Positions 24,429-37,574 of a stretch of 64,000 nt of DNA are shown in pieces. Made by a program: the position numbers and the translations under genes. How positions within the stretch are numbered: position 1 is the stretch's first letter; each line of letters opens with the position of its first letter. The DNA is from Eledone cirrhosa (Eukaryota). The stretch is from contig OZ024740.1 of NCBI GenBank assembly GCA_964016885.1, positions 74,524,001 through 74,588,000 on the forward strand, read 5' to 3'. A model generated the notes under the pieces. The model was not told the origin of the DNA. It saw nothing but the letters and a program-made list of their open reading frames with translations, and made no database searches.

Positions 24429-25359
24429 GATGTATTTGTCATGGTACTAGTACTATGTAGGATGCTTTGTCCCTGACAAAGCTAAAGGGTTCTTTCTACT
24501 CTACATTCTCTGTCTAAAGGTATGTGATCTAGTGGCTAAATAAGAGAGGTTGATAGAGGAAGTAATGGAAGAAAGACAGTAAGAGGCAGCTACATATTGG
24601 TTTTTGAAATGGAGATTGATTGGAAAAAACAGCCTAAGTGGAGGGATTTAGCATAATTGAAGAAGGGATAGTAGATGTGGGAGGCAGAGAGCAATGGATG
24701 TTTATGACCAAGGAATATAGTCTGAAAAGAGTGAATGGTCATGTCTAAAATGCCTGAGATCATATATCTGGGACTAAACAACAAACTAATTAATTTCATC
24801 TTATACCTCATATCCTCTGACATATACAAACATGAGAGATGTGTTGTCCTTGGTACTACTCCCATTGGCATCAATAAACACGTCCGCTAATTCTCTCCTC
24901 TTCCTTTAATCGCAATCCTTTGGTTGGACCAAGTGTTATGGTCCGAGGTATGATAGTTCAGTTATCATGCCTTGCATACTGTATACTTCTCATATTTTGG
25001 ACATGCTTTCTATGGCTGGATGACCTACCTAACGCCAACCACTTTACTGAGTGTATTGGATACATTTTATAGTGGCATCAGTACTAGAGGTTGTCAAGTC
25101 TTTAGCAAGAGATAAGGATACTTTCTATCCTACATTTCTCTGCTTGTCAACCTCTTTCCAGAGAATACCGAGTTCATTCCACCATGATGCCAATACAAGA
25201 AATATTGATCTATCTTCAAAATTGTTTTTTTTACTCTCAGATTATCTTGGATGATTTTTATATATCCATTAAGTTTTGAAGAAACTATTTTGATAAAATA
25301 AACCATTGATTATCAATCTTATTAATATATTTTTATTTCATGCTCTTTGTCTTTTCTAG

Positions 25360-25499
25360 GACAACTGGATACAAATTTGTGTGTAGGAGCAATGTTGGAG
25401 AAGAAACTGTTGCCATTTCCATTTACCTTTGCTTTGAGTGGATATGCTAATCATACTAAAGCGCAATATCGATTTGGTGTTGGTCTTATTGTAGGTTAA
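25360..25499 (+). CDS. TOMM40: Tom40 coding exon 7 (terminal)
   Basis: ttctag| (G)QLDTNLCVGAMLEKKLLPFPFTFALSGYANHTKAQYRFGVGLIVG TAA. Confidence 0.95.
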
Positions 25500-27984
25500 T
25501 CTAGGTTATCATCAATCAAAAAGAATGTGCAAGGAAAGATACATATATATTGTTATCAAAACCCTCATACATTCATCTGTGCTGATGCACTTTCTAAGAT
25601 GTTATCTTCTAGGATGTGATGATGGTTTGGGTTTTATTTAAAACTAACCTGTGTGTATGTGAGTGTTTGAGAATATACATGCATCTCTGTATATCTGTAT
25701 GCATAATATGCATATGAAAATATCTGCATACATGCATGTTCAAATATGTATATCTGTAATTGTGTGTTTGTTTGTTTGTTTGGATATATTAGTTGTACCA
25801 GAACAATTAAGTTAAATTCAAACTTATTTTGTATGAAAATTATCCCAGATCAGGGATTTAAAAAAACCTATAATAGAACATTTAGCTGAGTCTGATTAGT
25901 TCACACAACATTGGAAAGCAAGTTTCAGAAAAATATTGTTTGTCATCTTAGTTTTAAGTATAGCTGAAAGTTTTATCTTTATTAAGTTTTAGGTTTCTAA
26001 CAGTTCCCATAATAAAATATAAGCATTGAAATCTAGATCATGTCCACTAATTAAAATTGTTAAGACTAAATTAACCAGCTATCTACAGCTACATCTCAGT
26101 CTTAAGAATTTTATTAAAAACTAACTGCTTTTATATTATACGTATTGAAACTGAACAGCAGCAAGAAATATAAAAGTGTCTGACCTGATTTTAATCTATG
26201 GTTGAAGTGATATTCACTTTATACTACTGTCTTTTGAGAAAGGTGTGAATTTCATACAACTCTATTTCCTTCCCCTATAAGCATCAGGCTTGGTGCTTAT
26301 GTAAGGGCAATATTGGGACTGTTATCCTAACTTATTGCAAATGCTAACACATTCTGTCTCCACTTTATTTTTTAAAGTGAACCCATTTTAATAATTGCTG
26401 TAACAACAAAGGAAGGCAAGATATATTCACATTCATTGGGTTTAATTGAGACAAAGCTTAATATGATCTTGGAGAGCCTGTTAAAGGCTATAAGGACTAC
26501 TCTCTCCTTCAGGCTTACCAAATAAATAAATTAAAAATTTACAGTTGTTGCCAGTCAGTTCAATGTTGGTGACAAGACAGAGTGCATTGTTTGATAGCTA
26601 TTTGGACCTGAAGTGTTAGAAAAAAATCCTTTTGCATTTATAAAGATTAATCTTCAAGCACCTTGAATGGTGACATTATTCAAAGCCAATAATTGTTGGA
26701 TAACTTTCTTTTTGCCTTCATTTTTAAACTGTTGACTTAGATAAATGTAAATTTGTTTCACTTTACATCATTTCCCACTTTTTCAAAATCAACACATGTT
26801 TTTGTTATAAGAAAACTAATTTCACTATTATTTTGTGCTTTTGGCACAGTCCCAGAATATTGGTGCCACATTTGTGTTTCTTCATGTTAAAGACATTGCT
26901 TGATCACGACATCTCTCTACCAAAAAGGGTTTGACCCTTTGTGAAAAAAATTTCAATCAATAAATATTAAACATTTTTAGACATACAAAAATGTTTGTCT
27001 ACCTTCAATCTACAATCAGTTTGAAATAATTAATGAGGATACAAGAATTTGGAAGGGGGTTGGGGTTGGTGTCATCTGTTGTTGATATTCTTCAAAGCTT
27101 AGCTAATTATTTTAATAATTGATATGTTTTTGTTTTTTTGCATGTTAATATCTCCATGGGTCTTAATGTGTTTCTTCAGCCCATTTCATTTATTTACATA
27201 TCCATTCTGGAGTTTTAAAATGATGTTAACTATGAAGGTGGGGAAACTCAGTTGATATTTTCTTCACAATTCAAGTTGAAAGCATGAATTCACAGCTATT
27301 TAAATGAATCAATCTTCATCTGAATTCCACATTCTCTGTATCATGGTTATAGAAGTATTTATTCAAAAGTAGTAAAGTCTCAAAAGCATTTCATATCTTT
27401 GAAAAGATAGAAATATTTCTTTCCTCCCCTCTCCTCTCTGCCTTATCTCATGATTTTCCTTACTTAATAAACTCAATACAAAATAAACTTGGAATATTAA
27501 GTAAATCCCAGCATATCCTAGTTTATTTATTTTCTTTAATTGTTTGTGTGCACATGTTCATGTCATTACTTGCAGAAAGAAAATTCGGCACTGGGTGTAC
27601 ATCATAATCATTATCACCGTTTAACGTCCATTTTCCATGCTAGCATGGGTTAGACAGGTTGTCCTATTTGAGGTAAGTCAAGGTCAAGTGATCATGTCTT
27701 GCTCATACAGAACTGATTATTATCATAATCATTATTTTACCTTCACATTCCATGTTGGCATGGATTGGACTGGTTATCATTCTTTTGAGATGAGTAAACA
27801 AAAACAATGTCTTGTTCATATTCTATTTTGACATGACTGGATGATTAGGGAATTTAAAAAAAGAAAAGATATTAACTTATAATGTTGCTTAACTAGGAAT
27901 ATTCCATCATAATTTTATGAAAGAACGTTTAAGTTATGCTCCAAACACCAACTTAATGAAAAAGTTAGTTATCATCATAATCAT

Positions 27985-29040
27985 CATCATCATAATCATC
28001 ATCATCATTGTTTAACGTCCATATTCCACGCTTGCATGGGTTTGGACGGGAATTTTCCCACTTGAGGCAAGAGTGGTTGTCTTACTTGTATAGGACTGTC
28101 TGGCGGGTTTTTTACGGCTGGATGCCCTTCCTAACACCAACCACATTTACAGTGTGGAACTGGGAGGTTTTTACCGTGTTACCTACACGGCCACATTACA
28201 GCGTGGACTGTGTTTTTTTGTCGTGACACCTACACGACCTCATTTGTTTCGGGCTGGATGTTGTGCCAACATAACTTTACATTGAGGGGGGGGGGGGGTT
28301 ATTCTGTTAGAGGTGCCTACTGACTGTAGTAGGTTTCACTTTGCACTTAGGTAAGGCGGGTCTTTATTACTGTGTAGCGCCAAAGATCTCGGTCCAGTGA
28401 CATTGTCTTGGAGAGGTGTAAGTGTGTGAGGTCGGAATTTATCAAGTCGTCCCAGGTTTTTCTGGGTCTGCCAACTCCGTGGCTACCGTCTATTTTTATT
28501 GCCCTGCACTTTTTTATACAGCTGTCGTCTTTCATGCGCATCACGTGACCATACCAACGTAGTCTTCTCTCGAGTAAACAACATCTGATCCCTCTTATTC
28601 CTAATTTCTCCCTTAGTTCGTTTATGCTTTGCTGTTCACGTATATTACTATTACACATCCAGCGGAGCATGCAAGCTTCGTTTCTCTCCAGTCTGCGTAT
28701 ATCCTCTGCACACAATGCTCATGTCTCACTGCCATGTAACATTGCTGTTCGTATGCAGGCATCATACAACCTGCCTTTCATTTTTAGAGAGAACCTTTTA
28801 GCGGCCAATAGTGGTATAAGCTCTCTGAACTTTTTCCATCCCGTTCTGACTCTAGCTACTGTACTTTCAGAGCACCCTCCCCCACTGCTGATTTTGTCAC
28901 CCAGGTAACGGAAGCTGTCCACTATTTCTATAGAACCATCTGTGCAATGGAATGAGTTAGTATTCTGTGGGCACTTGCTGCTACTTATTGCACCAGAGCA
29001 CTGGCCACATATAAAATCTATATTCTTAGTTAGCTTACCT
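27985..29040 (-). mobile_element. 5'-truncated RTE copy with SINE-like 3' module
   Basis: ORFs 28719-28922 and 28347-28715 (FRYLGDKISSGGGCS..RRLRWYGHVMRM), then the shared module and (cat)n tail. Confidence 0.88.
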
Positions 29041-29298
29041 TATATTATTAAATATTGCCAAATTCTTGGTTATTTTCAAATTGATTTAAAAGTTGTTTTT
29101 CATTAAATACACCAGCTCAATAATGAGGAAGTTAGTTATATTACTAAATCCTTCCAAATTCTTGATTATTTTCTAAAGGATTTAAAGATTATAAGCAGTG
29201 CACAAAACAAATGATAGACTAGCATTTTATAGACTGTTAGATCTAAAACATATCGATTGCTTTTTGCTTGTCACAAGAGCTTCTGAATGAGATTTATA

Positions 29299-30030
29299 TT
29301 GGGTTGGCAAGAAAGTAATTTCGTTTTTTTAGTGTGAAATGTCATTTTAATGCTAGTCAGCTTTCGATGTAGTTTGTGCTTGTTCATTATGCTTGGACCA
29401 TGATCATTTTCGATTGTTATTGTAGACAATCAATTATTCATCACCAGTGATGATTCGTTTAAAGGAAAAAAAAGGTTGATTTCATTGCATTTGAGATGCA
29501 TATCGCAAATATTGTTTCGTTGTGTTGAGTGAATCTCAATTTATGTGGAATCCAAATATCGAGCTTCTTAATGAGCCCAAGACATTTTAAGTGATTTTCA
29601 ATTGTGTGTGATTCATTTAACCTCTCTCTACAATCTTTCGCGCAGTTATATGACAATCAGATTCAATTATAGCTTTGATTTGGTTATCTTTGAGTGAAAA
29701 ATCTCCAGAACGAAATTTTTTAAACCATTTCTGACATGTGCGTTCTGTTAAGCAATCAACACCATAAACTTCACATATCTCTGTGAGCCTCGGCAGCTTT
29801 CTTGCTTTTACAGAAATAAAAAAGCAAAATATGGCGAAAATGTTGGTTTTTGCACTTAATGTTAAAATTGACACTGAACTAACAGCTGTAAACAAAATTA
29901 CATGCAATTTGCTTCTAAAGTAAGCTAAAAGTAACAGCTATCAAATGTCAAAAGGAAAAAAATCATAACTGAGAAGTCATTCAAAAAAATTGTATTTGCG
30001 AAAAACGAAATTACTTTCTTGCCTATCGAA
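29299..30030 (-). mobile_element. internally deleted mariner transposon
   Basis: TA|ttgggttggcaagaaagtaatttcgttttt ... aaaaacgaaattactttcttgcctatcgaa|TA; remnants ICEVYG..ERTCQKWFKKFRSGDFSLKD and KLDIWIPHKL (WVPHEL motif). Confidence 0.9.
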
Positions 30031-30060
30031 TAGAATGAGCAATTATGCTTTCCTCAAAAC

Positions 30061-30279
30061 TAACCCTCTTGTTACCATATTTCTTATAAAAGATACTTCT
30101 ATAATTTTAAAATCATTTTGAAAATAAGAATTTGGAGGAGTAATATTACTTTCTTATTAAGTTGGTGTTTGGAACAAAGTTTCTTACATAAAATTGTGAT
30201 AAAAGGTTTAAATTTAAATGCAATATTATTAAACAGTTTTGTATCAAAATTAGGGCTGGTTTGGTATCGGAAGGGTTAA
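30061..30279. mobile_element. second piggyBac-like MITE family (related pieces at ~7186-7380, 16420-16610, 19389-19789, 62460-62750)
   Basis: taaccctcttgttaccatattt ... ggtatcggaagggttaa ends; shared body attaagttggtgtttggaacataa. Confidence 0.55.
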
Positions 30280-31539
30280 TGAAGTGAAACGCTTTGGACC
30301 AGAAATAACAATTTGATAGGATAAAAAATTCAATAAGAATGATATTCAAAGAAACTTACCATTAATCAAATAAATATGTTGTTTTTTTTTCTATCATTTA
30401 TTTTGGGTGGACTGAGGGATGAATAGGTGGAAAGAAAGTGTAGAGGCAAAAGGAATGATGGTATATATTGAAAAGACAAAAGTGATGGCATACAGTGAGG
30501 TGGAAAGAATAGGACGTATGTTGGAGTGGACACCATTCAATGTACGATATGCATTGTACATTGAAAATGTAGTAATGTGAAGGGTTTATTAAACAATGTA
30601 GCAGCTATATTAACGGAGGGAGCTACAAATGGTGAGGATGTTAAGCTGGATCTTAGGAATGGTGTGAAAGTATTTTGTTACCATGGAGAAGTTGAGGGAA
30701 AAACCTTTTGTAGTTAGTGGTGGGAGTAGTTCCCTGAACTCTCGTTCTTATTCTGGTTATTGCACTTTTAGAACACCCACCTCCATACTCGGCAACAGTA
30801 GCTAGAGTGAGACATACATGGAAGAAATTCTTGAAACTCAGTGGTGTGCTAATGAGGAGGGGGCTGCATGTGTGAGAAATGCCATGATTTATGGGAGTGT
30901 GACATGGATGATGAGCAAGGAGTAACAGTGAATGTTGGATAGAACAAAATGAAAATGGTTTGATGGATGAGTAGAATATTGCTTGGGGAGAGCAAATCAA
31001 ACAATGAATTGCACAGGATAGGAATAGAACCAGTGATGAATGTTGTGAAGAGACATGGAATGAAAATAAATATGATTGGGTGAAAGGAGTGATTGAAATT
31101 TATTTAGAAAGGAAGACATAGCTAATGCTGATGGAGAAGAAAATGATAGGGAAAATAGAGAAGCTTGACATGAAGTTTACAAAGCTTTAGCAGGAAATGA
31201 CCTTAAAATGTTAGAGTATCATGTTTTGAACACTGCCTATGATTTTTAAATCCTTTTGAAAATAATCAAGAATTTGGCGATATTTAATAATATAAACTGT
31301 TTAGATAAATAAACAACTTACTCTTGTAGCAGGGAAGGATTGGTATCATAAAGGCTAAAAGGCACATATAGGTATTTGTATTCAAAGCATAGAATTTGAT
31401 TACAGGTAAATGTAATGGAAACGGGGAGGGGGGGCTTAATTTGTAGAACAATGATCGTTTTATGTATACATGACGACTAGACAGACACAAACGAACTGAG
31501 AAAAAAAAAAAACAGGAATCAGATCGAGAAGGTAATAAG

Positions 31540-33720
31540 AGAAGATTAACAACACATCCACTAGGATATACTTGCTTCCTTTCTTTCTAGCCTTCTGAGA
31601 TCCTCTGCAATCAAGGCCCATGTTTTACTACTATGTAACATCTCAGTTCACACACAGGCATCAGACAATCTACCCTTCTCTCTGAGCGAGAAGCTTGTTG
31701 CTGTTACCAGAGGCATTAATTCTCTAAATTTTTTCTTGCCTGTTCAAACTGTAGCTACTATACTTGTTGTGCATACCCCATGTCCCCCCACTGCTGATTG
31801 GGTTACCTTGGTAGCAAAAGCTATTTACAACTTCTAAGAAACTGCACAGATGATTAAAAAAATCTATTTCACATGTGTTCTTAGTGCTTATTTCTCTTTA
31901 CATCTGCCACATATGCCTACCTTCTTTATTAACTTGCCTGTAATCTTACTACATCCCTTATGAATTCTAATGGACACCCATCTGCACTCCAAATTCACCA
32001 CTATACCCATTGCCAACTCTCGCCTTGCTGGTTATACCTATAGTATAGTTTGTACAGCCCTCACAAGCCATTCATCTATACCTAGCTTCCTAAGCTTCCA
32101 ATTATAGAGCGAATATCTGTGCATTTTTAAGGCCTTTGACAGGTGCTTAACCCTTTAGCGTTTACATTACTCTATATAACTATTGTATTATCTCACATAA
32201 TATTGAATCTATGAGATTTTGATATTTATTTTGAGAACAATACCTTAACATCAGTATGAGTGGCCAATTATAGCCACTTTGAACAGAAAGAGGTGAGATA
32301 ATTCTGGCCGGATTAAATGCTAAAGGGTTAATCTTAGCTAAGTACTTCTGCTGTTGTCCCACAAGGAAAAGTGCATCAGTAGTATCTTTAACTGGCATGA
32401 AACTGAACTGCATCTCATCTAACTTAATTCTGTCCCTAATTAGTTGTGCTATAACTCTTATACCTGATGCCTCTGCACTTACCTCTCTAATGTGTCTCCT
32501 TTACACTTATTGCAGTTTACAGTGATACTGCTGCACTAGTTATTACGTATGATACCATCCTGTGTTATTTGATTGTGTCTGACTAGATTGTAGTCTATCA
32601 TGTCGAATGATTTTAGCATCTTGGCAATAATACCAGATAGTCCAGCTGCTTTCTTTACATTCATATCTTTAATCACTTTATCACACTGCTGTCAACTTTC
32701 AGGCCTGATCCCTAAGTTGGCTCTCACTCACCTATTTGTCGTTTTTGTTCAATAATCTCTTATAATAGGACTGCCTGCCTCTTTCTTGCCTTCATTCAGG
32801 GCAGGAACTCCTCTATCATTTCAAACACACTTTCCCTTAACGTCTCAGTTTTCCATGGCACACTGTCTTGCAAAAAGGAACACTTCATACCTCTGATCCT
32901 CACATTGTAGAACATGTACCAACTTCTTTGTTACTGCATCTCCTTTTGCTAAGTACACCTGGCACTTAACTTCTTTTCTAGCTGTTAGCTATTGCTCTCT
33001 GTTTCCTCTCTTTTCAGGTTGTTCCAGGCCTATCTCTTCAGCAGATGTTATAGGTCACCATCTCTTTCTTACTGTCATGGGCATCAAGTAGGATTCCTCT
33101 GAATTTATTACCTCAGTTTCCATGTGTACCTTCTCTAGATTGATTTTTGTCTCTGGGTCCGTTTACTCCTTACTCAAAGACCACTGATAACTAATTTGTA
33201 TTGAGAGGTACATACATTCTTCACAGGGAAGGACTTGGCATTTGTGACCATTTATCTATCTCATTTCCTGATAAGAATAAAGTCTATTTGGCTGGTATAT
33301 CCAGCTAATTGGTAGGAAATCAGGTGACGGACTGGTTTCCTGAAGTTTGTGTTACAGATAGGTCAAAAGCACCAAAGAACTAGACTCGTTTTCCTTTCTT
33401 GTATCATTAGCCTCCATGCGTACCAGGAAAACCATCACAGCATTTCCCAAGATGGCCACTGAAGTTGCCAGCCACAACAATGAAGTCACTGTCATTGAGG
33501 TAGATTGTAATAGAAGTGAACCCTTCTATTTGTCTGCAAGTTCAACACATGTATGCAGAGATTATAGTAGCTGCAGTGCTGCCCAAGGCCCAAAGTAACT
33601 TGTTCCTATGTTCCTTTCTCATAATGAGTCTGGTTGAAGCTTCCTTCCATCTTACTTCATGCACACAGCAGACATCAGTATGCCTCTTAACATCTCCACA
33701 ATCTCTGAGGGGGTTTAATA
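31540..33720 (-). mobile_element. heavily decayed RTE LINE interrupted by a MITE
   Basis: RHTDVCCVHEVRWKEAS (APE) and MQFSFMPVKDTTDALFLV (RT) on the minus strand. Confidence 0.8.
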
Positions 33721-34061
33721 TAATTAAGTTAAGCAAGAAGAGTTAGATTTTCTGAACAAGGAGGTACTTAATGAAATTGTTATAGTAATAAAACTTGTCT
33801 AAAGTCTGTCTGAAGCCAGGAGGCTTGTCAGGACTGTTTATCCTGGTTTTGTGGAATGAAGCAACTGAGAGTACAGGATTTTCCCCCTGGACAGGGCACG
33901 AGTCAACCACAGGGTTAAACCCCCAGCTGTTGCTGGTACTCATTTTCAGCTGAGCAACATGAAATGAATTGTTTTGACAACACAACCCAGCCCAGGAATC
34001 AAACCCACGACATGATTGTAAGTCCAACACTTACCATTAGGCCAAACACTTCCACAATGAA

Positions 34062-35015
34062 TGAAACATGCATTTTGGAAGGAAAAATCCAGCGTCCACA
34101 TACTCCCTCCACAACACTGACATCAAAAAGTCCTCTTGTGAACGTGACCTGGGCATTACTGTCAGCAACGATTTGCGTTGGACAAAGCATGTCTCTAAGA
34201 TTGTCAAGAAGGCCGAGGGTGTCTTGGCATCACTCAGCAAGACCTTTGTTAGCCGCTCTCCAGCCATCTATTTAAAACTGTATACAGCTATGGTGCGACC
34301 ACACTTGGAATTCGCATCATCAGTCTGGAACCCCTATCTTGCTCGGAACATTGACCTCCTGGAAACTGTTCAGAGACGTGCAACCAAGCGCATACCCTCC
34401 ATCAGACACCTACCATACTCTGAACGCCTTGCTTCCCTGGGCATGGATTCATTGAAGCTCCGACGTCTGGCAGTGGACTTGGTGAATACCCACAAAGTTT
34501 TTAACCATCTCGCCAACTGCAACCCTGAGCGCCTCTTTGATCTCCATGTATCTAACACACGTGGACATGCCTACAAGATAAGAAAACAGCACAGCTCCCA
34601 TGACTTTCGCAGACATTTTTTCACGCTCAGAGTTGCTGAAACATGGAACAAACTGCCTGCGTCAATTGTTAGCTGCCGAGACACTGCATCCTTTAAGACA
34701 CTCATGCTTCCCGAAATATGCCAAAACTACACCTGATGTGCCCCTTCCATACACATGCACACATGTGTGCACTGTTCATTTTACTGATGTTTGTGCATTG
34801 CCCTATGTACTGTACATGCACTTTTTTGATGGGTTGTGGTGCACCTGGGCACTGTGCACAATATTTCATTATTGTTATTGTTATTATATCATGACTCATA
34901 CACTGTTTATTTTCCTGACATTTGTACATTATTCTATGTACTATACATGCACCTTTGATGAGTTGTAGTGCACCTGAGCACTGTACACAATAATTTCATT
35001 ATTATTATTATTATT
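34062..35015 (+). mobile_element. 5'-truncated CR1-clade LINE
   Basis: Intact 222-aa C-terminus ERDLGI..LYTAMVRPHLEFASSVWNPY..LETVQRRATK..TRGHAYK..FFTLRVAETWNKLP; duplicated 3' end and (ATT)n tail. A tail fragment also occurs at ~48925-48972. Confidence 0.9.
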
Positions 35016-35714
35016 AAACTTAGGATTGTATATTATTTGAAATAGAATCTAGGAATTCAGATAAAAATGTTCAGAGAAATGCTTTGTTAGGGGTTTGAAA
35101 TCATCATTTTTATGTCTGCTTTTCCATGTTGATGTGGGTTGGATGAGATATATTTTTGAGGCAGCTCTCTATATTTGGAGGTCTTTCCTGATGCAAACCT
35201 ATACTTTACATTTTAGCATAGTATTCACCATTGATCTTTGTTGAACCACTAAGCTGCAGGTTGTATTTATTCTAGACGTAAACAAACATAACCATTTGCA
35301 TATGGAGACACACATATACATAAGCAACAAGTTAGCAAAGTCATTAGGGCATCTGAGTTCAAAACCTGCCTCCTGTCATAAGAAAAATTATGTTAAGAAC
35401 TAAGGCCCCCATCATTAAAACACTCAAGAAACCTCCAATGAGATGAAACTTCATAGGAGACCAGCTCAACCTATGCAGGAGGAACCCATAACAGCAACTA
35501 TATATATATACATATCATCATCACCGTTTTACGTCAATTTTTCTACGCTAGCATGGGTTGTCCTGTTGTGGGCAATGCTAGATCAGGTGACCATGTCTTG
35601 CACATACAGACCTGATTTTGGTTTGGTTTCTACAGCTGGATGCCCTTCCTAACAGCAACCTCATTTACAGTGAGTTCTGGTGCTTTTTGTCATGTCACCA
35701 GCACGACCATTATA

Positions 35715-36250
35715 TATCATCATCATCAACGTTTAACGTCCGTGTTCCACGCTTGCATGGGTTTGGACGGGGGTAGTCCCACTTGAGGCAAGAGTGATTG
35801 TCTTGCTCGCATAGGACCGTCTGGCAGGTCTTCTACAGTTGGATGCCCTTCCTAACACCAACCACATTTACAGTGTGGGTCTGGGAGGTTTTTACCGTGT
35901 TGCCTACACGGCCACATTACAGCGTGGACTGTGTGTTTTTTTGTCGTGACACCTACACGATCTCATTTGTTTCGGCCTCGATGGCGCGGCACCAACATAA
36001 CTTTACATAGAACGGGGTGGTGGTGGTGGGACGGGGTGTATTTTGTTAGAGATGCCTACTGGCTGGAGTAGGTTTTACTATATATTTAGGTAAGGCGGGT
36101 CTTCTCTGTTACTGAGTACCGCCAAAGGTCTCGGTCCAGTGACATTGTCTTGGAGAGGTGTAAGTGTGTGATGTCGGAGTTTATCAGCTCGTCCCAGGTT
36201 TTTCTAGGTCTGCCTATTCCGTGACTACCGTCTATCTTTATTGCCCTATA
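35715..36250 (-). mobile_element. 5'-truncated RTE copy with SINE-like 3' module
   Basis: RAIKIDGSHGIGRPRKTWDELI..KTRLT, then the shared module. Confidence 0.82.
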
Positions 36251-36475
36251 TATAGTAATAATAAATTTGAAGACTAAAGTCCAAAGAGGGCTTGATAAGG
36301 ATAAATATATATCAAATATATAAGAACCGTAGAGCAAATATTTATTAAAATAACAGATTAAAGTTTAAGCAAAGAATTGCTGCTTTCACCCTTAACGGGA
36401 TCTTCTAAATTTAATATAGAAATGGTTTCTACAGGACTAGAACTATTTCTTTTGTATGAAATCGTCATACGAATA

Positions 36476-36570
36476 ATTGGCTTGAGATCCTCATCGATGT
36501 GATAAACCAGACTCCAGCATCGATCTTTTCTACATCAGGTCTATCACATTGATGAAGATCTCGAGCCAAT
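36476..36570. repeat. inverted repeat; related arm at ~42374-42425
   Basis: attggcttgagatcctcatcgatgtgata versus tatcacattgatgaagatctcgagccaat. Confidence 0.8.
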
Positions 36571-37574
36571 GATGTGACACATGTAATGGTCGATATATTA
36601 TAAAAACATTAAAAAGTGAAACTTCATCATATACTTGTATATACTCTCTGCTATAGCATCGAATACTCACATTGGTGCCACCTCAAGTAATCAACAAAAT
36701 TACTGAATAATTCCCACCCCACCCACAAACACACTTCTATATTGAGCTTCTGCACAATTTCCATCTACAAACTTCACTCACAAGACTAATAGAAGACACC
36801 TGCCTAGGCTCTCATACAATTGTGTAGAAATGGGACTTGTTATTTTTACATCCATTTTCCATTCTGACATGGGATGGATGGTTTGTCATGGTCTGAACCG
36901 GTTTTTATTCAGAGTTTCTGCTCTCCAGGGTGGGTTGAGCAACACTATCTTGCTTGAATCATTCTAGTTTTAGTATGGTTTCTCCACATAGATGTTCTTA
37001 ATTCAAACTTAAACTTTTACAAAATGTAACGGTTGTAAGAAAAAAAATGAGACAAAATTCATTTAATTTGAAAAAATTAAAGACGAGTAAGTTTTGACAA
37101 AATATTTTTAAATATATATTTATAAAATAAAATAAAATAAAATAAAGAAAAATAAACATTTTAAAAGAATTTCATTTAAAGTTAAACCACATCCAGGAAA
37201 TATGCTTTCATTATTGTTTAGAAAAATATGTACAATCTAATAATTTAATATTCTATGCAATTTTTAGAAAACCCAATACATTATTTATTTCACAGAATAA
37301 ATGCCACCTTTTTGTTAAGCAGATAAAACCACTAAAGACAATGTTTGTGGTGTGTATGAGTTTATGAATAAGTGTGTTTGAATGTGTGTGCATGTAAAAT
37401 TTGAAAGAAACAGAAAAATTGTTTCTTTTGTAATTCATGATTCTTCTGCTTTGGATTAATATTCATAATTTAATTTTCTTTTGTACATTCCACATGTTTT
37501 ACTAAAGTAACCATATCTATTTGATTACTTCAGTAAAACCTATGTACTTCTATGAATGTATGTGCATGTATATA

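Larger units (their letters stand above)
8669..25499 (+). other. TOMM40: TOMM40 gene span (7 coding exons, 1014-nt CDS, 337 aa)
   Basis: Exons join in frame through GT-AG introns to give a full Tom40 beta-barrel protein ending YRFGVGLIVG*. Confidence 0.95.

Noticed and set aside
30536-30565. Small hairpin ttcaatgtacgat/attgtacattgaa (similar ones at ~7522-7556 and ~42445-42472)
   Set aside because: Short stems in or beside decayed repeats; no further support for function.
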